A stretch of DNA of 64,000 nucleotides from an uncultured Bacteroidaceae bacterium (GTDB lineage Bacteria > Bacteroidota > Bacteroidia > Bacteroidales > Bacteroidaceae). The translations under genes and the position numbers were made by a program. Numbering within the stretch: position 1 is the stretch's first letter; each line of letters starts with the position of its first letter. Under the pieces are notes generated by a model. That model saw nothing but the letters and a program-made list of their open reading frames with translations. It searched no databases and was not told the origin of the DNA. The stretch covers positions 14,399 to 78,398 of the forward strand of contig CALULY010000003.1 in the NCBI GenBank assembly GCA_944321635.1. Reading direction: 5' to 3'. Shown here one piece after another: positions 48,556-57,367 of the stretch.

Positions 48556-48629
48556 TGATCCCGACAGGATTCAAACCTGTAACCTTCTGATCCGTAGTCA
48601 GATGCTCTATTCAGTTAAGCTACGGGACC
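48556..48629 (-). tRNA. tRNA-Arg (anticodon ACG), copy 2
   Basis: Identical to copy 1 except for the acceptor stem, GGTCCCG/CGGGATC. Confidence 0.9.
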
Positions 48630-48696
48630 TCTGTTCTCAAATCGGATGCAAAGATAACAATATATTTGATTAAAAGCATCAACTCACCGAGTTTTT

Positions 48697-50994
48697 TCAC
48701 TCAAAGAATGATTCATTGAAAATCTGCCAACCGAGAGTTATGCCAAAACTCCACGAATTTCCAGGGAAACGTGTGTAGTTCACATAGGCGGACACCGCTG
48801 CAAACGGCAGCACGCAGACCCCTGACAGCTGCGCGAAACAATTGTACTTGGAAAAGACCTTGCCATACTGTGCATTGCCGAGATTGTTGCGCTCGATGGG
48901 GAAAATCGGTTGGAAATAATAGACTTCACCGCGCAGGTGGAACATATCGTTGAACTTATATATCGGTTTCAAGCCTGCGGCGAGATATTGGTTCGCCCTG
49001 AAATCCTCATTGTAAGTCAACCTCAATTGCTCAACGGGCGCGAATTCCCCGGCTGCGAGCATCGTCGCCGTGTAGTTGTGGGAGAAGTTGCGCGAGGAAT
49101 AATATCCCTCCACGTACGTCCCAAGAACCCAATGGGAAGTCAGTGGAATGTAGGTCTCATTTTTGTAGGACAGCTGCAACCAGGCTATGCGATCCTCATA
49201 ATCATACTTGTTTCCACTGTAAGCAGAGCGGTACCTCTCACGTCCGGCATAGACCTGGGCGACGAGTTCATCGCTACTGCCCTGCGTGGCAAACTGCTTA
49301 GAGTTGAGAGTGTTGCCACCAAAAAACAGTGCCCCGCCCAGCAAGTCATAGGAACTCTTGTCCCGATCCATCTTTTCAAAGTCCACTACGCTCGACTGCA
49401 AGTAGGTGTCTTTTTGACTGGCAAGTCCAAAACTGATTTCGGTCTTCTTGTTAAGCATGAAAGGGAACGCCACCTTAAGTTTGACAAAAGTCTCTGTCTT
49501 ACGATTTATAGAGGGGGTTCCTCGCTTGAAGAACATCTCATCACGCTGGAAGTAGTCGAATGAGTTGTAGGAAGCGATGACCCTGTAAGACGTTGGTATG
49601 GATGTCGCCAAATCTATTTTGGCAGACAACTGCAAGTTGTTGTACACTTTGCCGAGTTGCCCGTCAAGCGTGAACTCCTTGGAGTAATAGTTCAGGTCTT
49701 TGTAAGTGGCTCCGACATAAATTTGGTTGGACGTGTTGGATATGTGACCGCCCAATTTTATGGAAAACGGCGTGCCCATCTTCACGTCAAGATGCAAGTC
49801 ATAGCAGCCATCCGCCTCGTCAAAGACGGCATGGGGAATAATCTCGGAGATTATGCCGTCGGTCAGCAGCTTGAAGTAGCTCGTTTTGAAGTCTTCGAAA
49901 GTGAATGTCCCCTTGGCTTTGCTTGTGTTGTAGATTTCCCTCTTTATGTAATAGCTCTGCCTCGGTGTCACGCCGTTGACATGGATGTCCTTGAAGACGA
50001 GCGCTGGCAATGACTTCTTGTACAACTCACGGCGCAAATCCATCTCAGCCTTGCTCACACGGCGCACTATCCTGCCCTTGATTGTGTCCATGATCGATAT
50101 TGCGCTGTCATAGCCTATTTGCGAAATCTTTTCCACCTTGTCAAAATCCAAAAGACTCACGTCGGTGAAGTAAAAACGCATCAAGATGTCAGTGCTGTCG
50201 GGCAATGAGTAGTCGCTCTTCTGCATAATCATATTCTCGACCTGTCCGATGATGTCACGTTCATCGGGCTTCTTTGGGTTGGAAGCTACGACGCTGCCGA
50301 TGATTATGTCGGGTGCAAAATCCTCATCCATGACATCTGCGGGGAAATTGTTGTAGATGCCGCCGTCATAGACAAGGGTGGAATCGTTCATTATGGGCTT
50401 GAAAACGAGCGGGAAGGTCATCGATGCTCTCACAGCATCGCCGAGATCGCCGTTGCGATATATGATCTCACGCTTGTGGTATACGTCAGAAGCGACACTG
50501 CGGAACGGCACAAACAAATCGTCAAAGTCCCCACGGCATTGCGCCGTAGCCGCTGAGAACACCTGGAGAAAGGCGATGTTCATCTGCACGGGGTTGACAA
50601 GGCTCGTAGGCAGGAAATGCTGTTTGCGCGAGGTGGAATCACGGAACGAGATCTTCAGATTGAAAAAGTCAGGTGTCTCACGGTCACGCTTGAAATAATA
50701 GATGTATTTGTCATCGATTTGCCCCGTATACCATTTTTTGAAATCATCCGACTTGACAAGATGTTCCATCTCTTCAGGGGTATACCCCATGGCATAGAGC
50801 GCACCGACGATTGCCCCCATCGATGTGCCAGTGATGTAGTCGATGGGAATGTCATTTTCCTCAAGAGCTTTTATGATGCCGATGTGCGCCAGTCCCTTTG
50901 CTCCTCCACCGCTCAGCACGAGACCTACCTTTTGAGGATGAATGCTGATGGAGACGAGCAACAGTGCTATTATGGCGACAAGGCATCGTTTCAT
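48697..50994 (-). CDS. Patatin-like phospholipase with C-terminal Omp85/surface-antigen-like beta-barrel
   Basis: GGGAKGLAHIG oxyanion motif and the GTSMG nucleophile elbow. Long beta-rich C-terminus ending in F. The listed start at 51003 is TTG; the ATG is at 50994. Confidence 0.85.
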   Translation of the reverse strand: MKRCLVAIIALLLVSISIHPQKVGLVLSGGGAKGLAHIGIIKALEENDIPIDYITGTSMGAIVGALYAMGYTPEEMEHLVKSDDFKKWYTGQIDDKYIYYFKRDRETPDFFNLKISFRDSTSRKQHFLPTSLVNPVQMNIAFLQVFSAATAQCRGDFDDLFVPFRSVASDVYHKREIIYRNGDLGDAVRASMTFPLVFKPIMNDSTLVYDGGIYNNFPADVMDEDFAPDIIIGSVVASNPKKPDERDIIGQVENMIMQKSDYSLPDSTDILMRFYFTDVSLLDFDKVEKISQIGYDSAISIMDTIKGRIVRRVSKAEMDLRRELYKKSLPALVFKDIHVNGVTPRQSYYIKREIYNTSKAKGTFTFEDFKTSYFKLLTDGIISEIIPHAVFDEADGCYDLHLDVKMGTPFSIKLGGHISNTSNQIYVGATYKDLNYYSKEFTLDGQLGKVYNNLQLSAKIDLATSIPTSYRVIASYNSFDYFQRDEMFFKRGTPSINRKTETFVKLKVAFPFMLNKKTEISFGLASQKDTYLQSSVVDFEKMDRDKSSYDLLGGALFFGGNTLNSKQFATQGSSDELVAQVYAGRERYRSAYSGNKYDYEDRIAWLQLSYKNETYIPLTSHWVLGTYVEGYYSSRNFSHNYTATMLAAGEFAPVEQLRLTYNEDFRANQYLAAGLKPIYKFNDMFHLRGEVYYFQPIFPIERNNLGNAQYGKVFSKYNCFAQLSGVCVLPFAAVSAYVNYTRFPGNSWSFGITLGWQIFNESFFE

Positions 50995-50999
50995 CTGTG

Positions 51000-51455
51000 T
51001 CAATTGCTGGTTATGCGGATGACAAACTCATTGACACGCAAGACATTGTAATGTTTCAGGGAATGCTTGCTACCTGAAATCGGCGCACCTCCGTTCCAGA
51101 GGCTGTACTGTGCGCCGCATTTGGGACAAGCAGCTTTGCCAGAATAGTTGTCATCCACCAATTCCACGGCCACCTTGCGGTCCGCCTCGACCGGACAAGC
51201 ACTGTCATAAGCATAATACTGGTTGTCGAGCGGAGAACTCCCCACCAAAAGGCCAGCATAACCGATTGGTGCATTCGTGTTGGGGAATGTCTTCATCTCC
51301 ATGAAATACCCCGGCGTTTGCAAGCCGATATATGCCGCCTGCCGCATATCACAATCGACCGACCGGAATGTCATGTCGGGAATCGTTGTCTCGTCCTTTT
51401 GACACGAGACAACGAGCGACAACAATGCCAACAGGCACGAGAAGAGCCTAATCAT
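51000..51455 (-). CDS. Hypothetical lipoprotein with a four-Cys (CP...CPKC) motif
   Basis: MIRLFSCLLALLSLVVSC lipobox, and Cys residues in CPVEAD...CPKCG. I cannot assign a family. Confidence 0.55.
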   Translation of the reverse strand: MIRLFSCLLALLSLVVSCQKDETTIPDMTFRSVDCDMRQAAYIGLQTPGYFMEMKTFPNTNAPIGYAGLLVGSSPLDNQYYAYDSACPVEADRKVAVELVDDNYSGKAACPKCGAQYSLWNGGAPISGSKHSLKHYNVLRVNEFVIRITSN

Positions 51456-51861
51456 AGTTGACTTGTGACAACATCTCTGCAAGTTTCTCTACAGCCTCCT
51501 CTATCTTTCCTTTCATAAGATTGCGGGTGAGGATGTTGAGATTGATCTTGACCGTAACTCTCATCTTGGATGTCTGGACATCGACAGGCACGATTTGAAT
51601 CCAGAGGTTGAACGCTATCGGCGAATCGGGCGAACCAAACTTGACGGTCTTGCACGGCTCGCGCTCGACCACACTCAATGTCACCTTCCCGACGGGGGCG
51701 ACCGAGACGGTCACGCTGTCACGGTCATAGGCGAGAGATTGCACCTTGTCGGCAGGAATCCTGTCCTTGACACGTTCAAGACTGTTCAAATCTGAGACAA
51801 CGGCATAGACTTTCTCCTGCGGGTAAGGGATGACCTTTATGCTGCTTTCAAATTTATCCAT
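51448..51861 (-). CDS. SRPBCC (START/CoxG-like) family protein
   Basis: ~137 aa. Its sequence pattern is consistent with the SRPBCC ligand-binding fold. Start trimmed to the ATG at 51861, directly after the pyrE stop. Confidence 0.55.
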   Translation of the reverse strand: MDKFESSIKVIPYPQEKVYAVVSDLNSLERVKDRIPADKVQSLAYDRDSVTVSVAPVGKVTLSVVEREPCKTVKFGSPDSPIAFNLWIQIVPVDVQTSKMRVTVKINLNILTRNLMKGKIEEAVEKLAEMLSQVNYD

Positions 51862-51863
51862 GC

Positions 51864-52496
51864 TCACTTCCCCCATTCTGACGGGTTTTTCCTCCACTCG
51901 TGCAGGGTTTCAATCTGCCCTTCCGAGATATACCCGGTTTTCAACGCCGTCTCAACTACCGCTTCATAGTCTGTAAGGGTCAGCAATTTCACGTCAGCCT
52001 TCTCAAAAGCTTCCTTGGCGACAGGGAATCCGTAGGTGTAGGATGCGACCATCCCGACGACTTTGCTGCCCATGTTGCGCAGTGCATTGACTGCCTTGAG
52101 GCTGCTGCCACCTGTGGAAATCAAATCCTCGACGACTACGACTTTCGCTCCCTCGGGCAAATAGCCCTCGACAAGGTTCTCAAGCCCGTGGTCCTTAGGT
52201 GCCGAGCGGACGTAGACGAATGGCAACTCAAGCAAATCCGCCACCAACGCCCCTTGGGCAATAGCACCGGTTGCCACTCCAGCGACGACTTCTGCATCCG
52301 GGAAGTTTGCTTTTATGAGCTTGGCGAATTCATTCTTGATGTATGTACGCAACGCTGGATAGGAAAGTGTCTTCCTGTTGTCACAGTAGAAAGGGGACTT
52401 CCACCCCGAGGCCCAAGTGAATGGGTTTGCAGGTTGCAACTTTATGGCTTTGATGGCCAACAACTCTTTTGCCAACTGTTCTTTTACGTCTTGCAT
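51864..52496 (-). CDS. pyrE: Orotate phosphoribosyltransferase
   Basis: PRPP motif VVVVEDLISTGGS. 210 aa. Confidence 0.9.
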   Translation of the reverse strand: MQDVKEQLAKELLAIKAIKLQPANPFTWASGWKSPFYCDNRKTLSYPALRTYIKNEFAKLIKANFPDAEVVAGVATGAIAQGALVADLLELPFVYVRSAPKDHGLENLVEGYLPEGAKVVVVEDLISTGGSSLKAVNALRNMGSKVVGMVASYTYGFPVAKEAFEKADVKLLTLTDYEAVVETALKTGYISEGQIETLHEWRKNPSEWGK

Positions 52497-52510
52497 ATCT
52501 CTTTATGTTT

Positions 52511-55255
52511 TTAGTTGCTGAAATAATCTGGTTTACGTTTTCTTGCCTCCTCCAAAGATAGGAGTTCCCGATGTGTCTTGGCGTGTTCTTGCCTTATTTC
52601 CTCATACATCTGATGCAACTCATCCTTGTATGTCGTGCAAGAGGCAGGATCAAGCAGCCTTTTCAGTGCCGGCACGTTTTGTGAGGCATCCTTGACATGG
52701 ACGACGGCACCTGAATAGTTTGGAGCTATCTTGATGGCTGTGTGCTTCAACGATGTGGTCGCTCCTCCTATCATCACGGGAGTCCGCAAGCCTTCAGCCT
52801 CCATGAGCTTCACGACACTGACCATCTCGGCGAGCGACGGGGTGATGAGCCCGCTCAAGCCGACTGCATCAACGTTCATCTCCTTGGCGGCACGCACAAT
52901 CTCCTCCGCCGGGACCATGACCCCGAGATCCACCACCTCGTAATTGTTACAGGAAAGCACCACCGAGACGATGTTTTTGCCGATGTCATGCACATCGCCC
53001 TTGACTGTCGCGAGCAGTACCCTGCCTGCATAACGGGCCGAAACGGCTTTACCTTTTTCTATATACGGTTGCAAAATCCCGACAGCCTTCTTCATCGTCC
53101 TTGCAGTCTTGACTATCTGCGGCAGGAACATTTTGCCTGACGAGAACAAGTCCCCCACCCTGTTCATTCCATCCATCAACGGTCCCTCGATGATGGCTAT
53201 GGGCGATGAGTAAGAAGCCAGAGCCTCAGTCAAATCTTCTGCCAGGAAGTCATCAACGCCATGCTGCAACGCATATACGAGCCTTTCCTCAAGAGGCAAA
53301 GACCTCCATTTGAGAGCTTCGTGGCTGTCTGCCCCGTCAGGCGCAGACCCAGCCAAAGCAAGCACGTCATTGAGTGCGTCATCCCTGCGGCAGAGTATGA
53401 AGTCCTCCAGCACCCTGACCTGTTCGTCCGTCAAGTCGGCATAGGTGACTTTGGAATAGGGGTTGACGATGCCCATGTTCATCCCTTCCTTTATGGCAAG
53501 GTCGAGGAACACCGCATGGATTGCTTCCCGCACGAAATTGTTGCCACGGAACGCAAATGACAAATTACTTACCCCTCCGCTGACACTGACGCCAGGCAGA
53601 TGAGAATGTATCCAGCCGACGCAACGTATGAAATCCAGGGCATAGCGGTCATGCTCCTTCATCCCTGTGCCTATTGCCAGGACGTTGGGGTCGAATATGA
53701 TGTCCTTGGGTTTGAATCCAGCTTCGCCGACCAACAGACCGTAGGCTCGGCTGCATATCTCGATTTTCCTTTCATAAGTGTCGGCCTGCCCCTTTTCGTC
53801 AAAAGCCATGACAACGACGGCAGCCCCGAGGGCTTTGATTTCCCTTGCCCGCTCAATGAATGTGCGTTCACCCTCTTTCAACGATATGGAGTTGACGATG
53901 GATTTCCCTTGCAGGCACTTGAGACCGGCGGTGATTACGTCCCACTCCGACGAGTCTATCATCACCGGCACACGGGCTATCGACGGGTCTGATGCCATGA
54001 GGTTGAGGAAATTGACCATCTCGCCGCGCACGTCAAGCATCCCGTCGTCCATATTCACATCGAGCACCTGCGCCCCGTTCTCCACCTGTTCGCGGGCAAT
54101 GTGCAAGGCCTCGTCATAATTCTTCTCCTTGATCAGCCTGAGGAACTTCCTTGAGCCGGCGACATTGCACCTTTCGCCTATGCTAACAAAGTTGAACTCT
54201 GGTTTCACGTCGAGCATCTCCATGCCTGACAGCACGAGATGGCCGGCAGGGGTGAAAGGGACGTGGGGCGTGGCGTGACCGATGATGTCGGCGTACTTCC
54301 TTATGTGCGCATCTGTCGTGCCGCAGCACCCTCCGACTATGTTGACATAGCCGCCGGACAAGACCTCAAGCATGTCACGTGCCATGTCGTCGGGCGTTTG
54401 CTCGTACTCCCCGAATTCATTGGGCAGCCCTGCGTTGGGATAGACGCTTATGTAACAAGGCGCAATCGCCGACAGTTGCTTGATGAAAGGCAACATCTGT
54501 TTCGCCCCGAATGAGCAATTGAGCCCCACTGAGAAGATGTCATGGCACGACACCGAGGCACAAAACGCCTCAAGAGTCTGCCCCGAGAGCGTCCGCCCCG
54601 AATTGCCCGACAGCGTGACCGAGAGCATGACAGGGATCTTGCGCCCCACAGCATCCATCGCCCTGCCGGCAGCATAGATTGCCGCCTTGGCATTGAGCGT
54701 GTCAAAGATGGTCTCGATGAGCAGGGCATCCACCCCGCCGGCGACAAGCACCTCCATCTGCTCCTCGTATGCGGCAGCCAGCGTGTCAAAATCTATCGCA
54801 CGGGCGGCAGGATCCTCGACATCGGGCGAGATGGAGCAAGACTTGTTGGTCGGGCCGATGGATGCCACGACAAAGCGGGGCTTTGACGGGTCGGCTGCCG
54901 TATAGCTGTCCGCCAGCCCTCTCGCTATGTTGACGGCGGCGGCATTCATCTCACGCACCACGTCCTCCAACCCATAGTCTGCCATGGACACACGATTGGC
55001 GTTGAACGTGCAAGTCTCGATGATGTCAGCCCCCGCCTCAAGGTATTTGCGGTGAATGTCCGACACCACATCGGGCTTGGTCAGGCACAACAGGTCGTTG
55101 TTGCCCTTGAGTTGGCAAGGATGGTCCTTGAACCTCTCGCCACGGAAATCGTCCTCACACAGCCCGTACTGCTGAATCATAGTCCCCATCGCACCATCGA
55201 GGATGAGGACGCGGCCGCGCACAGCCTCGGCCAAAGTCATCTTGTCATTCATCAT
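52511..55255 (-). CDS. metH: Cobalamin-dependent methionine synthase, short form without the AdoMet reactivation domain
   Basis: Hcy-binding, pterin-binding and B12-binding (DVHDIGKNIV) modules. The protein ends shortly after the B12 domain, at ~914 aa. Start trimmed to the ATG at 55255. Confidence 0.9.
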   Translation of the reverse strand: MMNDKMTLAEAVRGRVLILDGAMGTMIQQYGLCEDDFRGERFKDHPCQLKGNNDLLCLTKPDVVSDIHRKYLEAGADIIETCTFNANRVSMADYGLEDVVREMNAAAVNIARGLADSYTAADPSKPRFVVASIGPTNKSCSISPDVEDPAARAIDFDTLAAAYEEQMEVLVAGGVDALLIETIFDTLNAKAAIYAAGRAMDAVGRKIPVMLSVTLSGNSGRTLSGQTLEAFCASVSCHDIFSVGLNCSFGAKQMLPFIKQLSAIAPCYISVYPNAGLPNEFGEYEQTPDDMARDMLEVLSGGYVNIVGGCCGTTDAHIRKYADIIGHATPHVPFTPAGHLVLSGMEMLDVKPEFNFVSIGERCNVAGSRKFLRLIKEKNYDEALHIAREQVENGAQVLDVNMDDGMLDVRGEMVNFLNLMASDPSIARVPVMIDSSEWDVITAGLKCLQGKSIVNSISLKEGERTFIERAREIKALGAAVVVMAFDEKGQADTYERKIEICSRAYGLLVGEAGFKPKDIIFDPNVLAIGTGMKEHDRYALDFIRCVGWIHSHLPGVSVSGGVSNLSFAFRGNNFVREAIHAVFLDLAIKEGMNMGIVNPYSKVTYADLTDEQVRVLEDFILCRRDDALNDVLALAGSAPDGADSHEALKWRSLPLEERLVYALQHGVDDFLAEDLTEALASYSSPIAIIEGPLMDGMNRVGDLFSSGKMFLPQIVKTARTMKKAVGILQPYIEKGKAVSARYAGRVLLATVKGDVHDIGKNIVSVVLSCNNYEVVDLGVMVPAEEIVRAAKEMNVDAVGLSGLITPSLAEMVSVVKLMEAEGLRTPVMIGGATTSLKHTAIKIAPNYSGAVVHVKDASQNVPALKRLLDPASCTTYKDELHQMYEEIRQEHAKTHRELLSLEEARKRKPDYFSN

Positions 55256-55259
55256 CTGA

Positions 55260-55730
55260 TCATTTCTTGAAGAACCGGTCCATATACCGCTTGTCTTCAC
55301 GCTCCTTGATGGCCTCGCGCTTGTCATACTCTTTCTTGCCCTTTGCCAGCGCGATGACCAACTTGGCCAGGCCGCGCTCGTTGATGAACAGCCTGACAGG
55401 CACGATGGTCAGGCCGCTCTCCTTGACCGCGCGCTCCAGCTTGACAAGCTCTTTGCGCTGCAACAGCAGTTTGCGGTCACGCCGGCTCGCATGGTTGTTG
55501 TAGGAACCATAGAAGTACTCGGACACATTCATGTTCTTGACCCACAGTTCCCCCTTGACGAAGTAGCAGAATGTGTCCACCAGGCTCGCCTTGCCCATGC
55601 GGATGGACTTGATCTCAGTGCCCGTCAGGACGATGCCGGCCGTGTACTGGTCGATGAACTCATAATCGAAGCTCGCCCTGCGGTTCTTGATGTTTATGTT
55701 GTTTCCCTTGAACAATCCCTTGGATGACAT
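55260..55730 (-). CDS. smpB: SsrA-binding protein
   Basis: [19 protein letters not shown] and [10 protein letters not shown] motifs. The listed start at 55736 is GTG; the ATG is at 55730. Confidence 0.9.
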   Translation of the reverse strand: MSSKGLFKGNNINIKNRRASFDYEFIDQYTAGIVLTGTEIKSIRMGKASLVDTFCYFVKGELWVKNMNVSEYFYGSYNNHASRRDRKLLLQRKELVKLERAVKESGLTIVPVRLFINERGLAKLVIALAKGKKEYDKREAIKEREDKRYMDRFFKK

Positions 55731-55732
55731 CC

Positions 55733-56308
55733 TCACATGAATTTATAAAACAAGAAATAAATGCCGCCGGCGACCACCACCTCCGAAAGGAACGCCATGA
55801 CCGTGAACACCAGCCGCCTGTTGTCGTCAAAGTCGAAGAGCCGCCCGCACCCCTCCCAGATGATGAAGATGGTGTAAACCTGGCAAAGCCAAACCAATAT
55901 CTTGAAATCTATCGGGAAAGCGAGCACCGTGTAGGTGACAAACAGCACCGTCATCGAGTAGGCCAGCAGCTTGTAGATCCCAGACTGCCCCACGCTCACG
56001 CCAAACAACGACTTGGCAGCCTTGGCAAGCACGAATGCCGACACGAAGAACGACAGGAACACCGGCACGCACGTCACACAGCAACCGATGATCGCATCCT
56101 TGAACAACGCGAAAGGCTGCGAAGGGTCAGCGACATAGCCCGTCACAAAGTAAGCGATGAACGACACCAGCCCGGCCAGCCCCATCAACGGATAGAAATA
56201 GGCCGACAGCACATCCACCTCATCACCCTCGTCCGCGATCTCCGACCACGCCTGCGACGGGCGCAGCAAAATGGAGACCAGACGCTTGTACATCCACTTG
56301 TAACTCAT
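55733..56308 (-). CDS. Yip1/DUF1282 family membrane protein
   Basis: Five predicted hydrophobic helices, and the N-terminus [12 protein letters not shown] is typical of Yip1-domain proteins. Confidence 0.65.
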   Translation of the reverse strand: MSYKWMYKRLVSILLRPSQAWSEIADEGDEVDVLSAYFYPLMGLAGLVSFIAYFVTGYVADPSQPFALFKDAIIGCCVTCVPVFLSFFVSAFVLAKAAKSLFGVSVGQSGIYKLLAYSMTVLFVTYTVLAFPIDFKILVWLCQVYTIFIIWEGCGRLFDFDDNRRLVFTVMAFLSEVVVAGGIYFLFYKFM

Positions 56309-56805
56309 CTTATCTCGTCTACGAATTGGTCAATGTTGGCATCCACATACGCCGCGATAGCCTCGGCAAAGTCCGCCTCGCTCTCGATGAACTCATCCTG
56401 GATGTCGTCAAAACGCTCGTACTGCTCGTACATAGCCATAAACTCCTCGTCGCTCCTCTCCCGCTCCAGATCCTCGCGGTTGGCACGGTAGAGCTTCCCG
56501 GCCTTGTTGACCAACGCCGCAAGCCTCGGCACGCCCATCATCCGCACCGCCTTGGCAAAAGGGTTCATGAAGATGTAAGGGCCGTAACCATTCTGCACCA
56601 GCTGCACGAAACCGCCCTCCATCACCTCGTCACGCAATGTCGCGTAGGCCAGCAACGTGTTCTGCCACCCGTTGAGACCAGCCATCGCCTCGGCAGTAGG
56701 CTCGCCGCCCACAGCACTCCTGACAGCACCTATGACCACATCGAGGAAAGCCGCCGCGCCGTCGCCCGCCGCAGCGCGCAAATCGCAATCATTGACTACT
56801 ACCAT
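56305..56805 (-). CDS. DUF4375 / DMP19-like protein
   Basis: EGGFVQLVQNGYGPYIF resembles the NGGFxQ motif of DUF4375. Start trimmed to the ATG at 56805. Confidence 0.55.
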   Translation of the reverse strand: MVVVNDCDLRAAAGDGAAAFLDVVIGAVRSAVGGEPTAEAMAGLNGWQNTLLAYATLRDEVMEGGFVQLVQNGYGPYIFMNPFAKAVRMMGVPRLAALVNKAGKLYRANREDLERERSDEEFMAMYEQYERFDDIQDEFIESEADFAEAIAAYVDANIDQFVDEIR

Positions 56806-56940
56806 ATTAATATAACCTGTTGTAACGCGCAAAGGTAACAACTATTTCCCACTATGCAAGCCCGGCCACGCCCGCCGCAAACCGCCACCAGGACAGCCGA
56901 CAAGCCACACGGGGCAAGGCGCAAAGTCCGCAATGACGGA

Positions 56941-57135
56941 CATGAACTTCATTTGGGCCGGGCACAAACTTCATTACCTCCGCACATAAAGTTAAAACAA
57001 AACTTTTGAATATATAAACAGAAGTTTTGTTTATATAAACAGAAGTTTTGAATATATAAACAAAACTTCTGAATATACTTTTCATTAGGAGGCAACGGAC
57101 TTTTCCCGCCGGGACGCGGGAGTTCAGGCCTATTG
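56941..57135 (+). repeat. F1 repeat copy D (inner module 56985-57084; right arm degenerate)
   Basis: Same 4 x 21 bp core as the other copies. The right boundary reads ACTTTTCA instead of ACTTTATG, but the 22-bp box phasing is retained. Confidence 0.9.
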
Positions 57136-57270
57136 CCGCAGGTTTTGCCCCAGGTCCTGTCAGGATGGATTGCCAGGACACGTGCCAGGACGTCCCTCAT
57201 TAAGCCATATTATTCCAATTAGTCTTATCAGACCAATTAGCCCTATCCCGGGAAAACAGCACCATGATTA

Positions 57271-57296
57271 CAGAGACGCAAAATCTTGCGTCTCTG
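57271..57296 (-). terminator. Perfect 11-bp hairpin downstream of purF (no T-run)
   Basis: CAGAGACGCAA aatc TTGCGTCTCTG. Confidence 0.45.
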
Positions 57297-57367
57297 CACA
57301 CACCAGGCATCTGGCGGCAACGCGCAGCACAGTGTCAAGGCAATGCAAGTGGCGGGGCCGGACAGCC

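Noticed and set aside
56305-56805. The DMP19-like (DNA-mimic family) protein as an anti-restriction or anti-defence factor.
   Set aside because: The family assignment rests on a single motif. The gene overlaps its housekeeping neighbours (Yip1, smpB) by 4 nt, in a core-genome context with no mobile or defence genes nearby.
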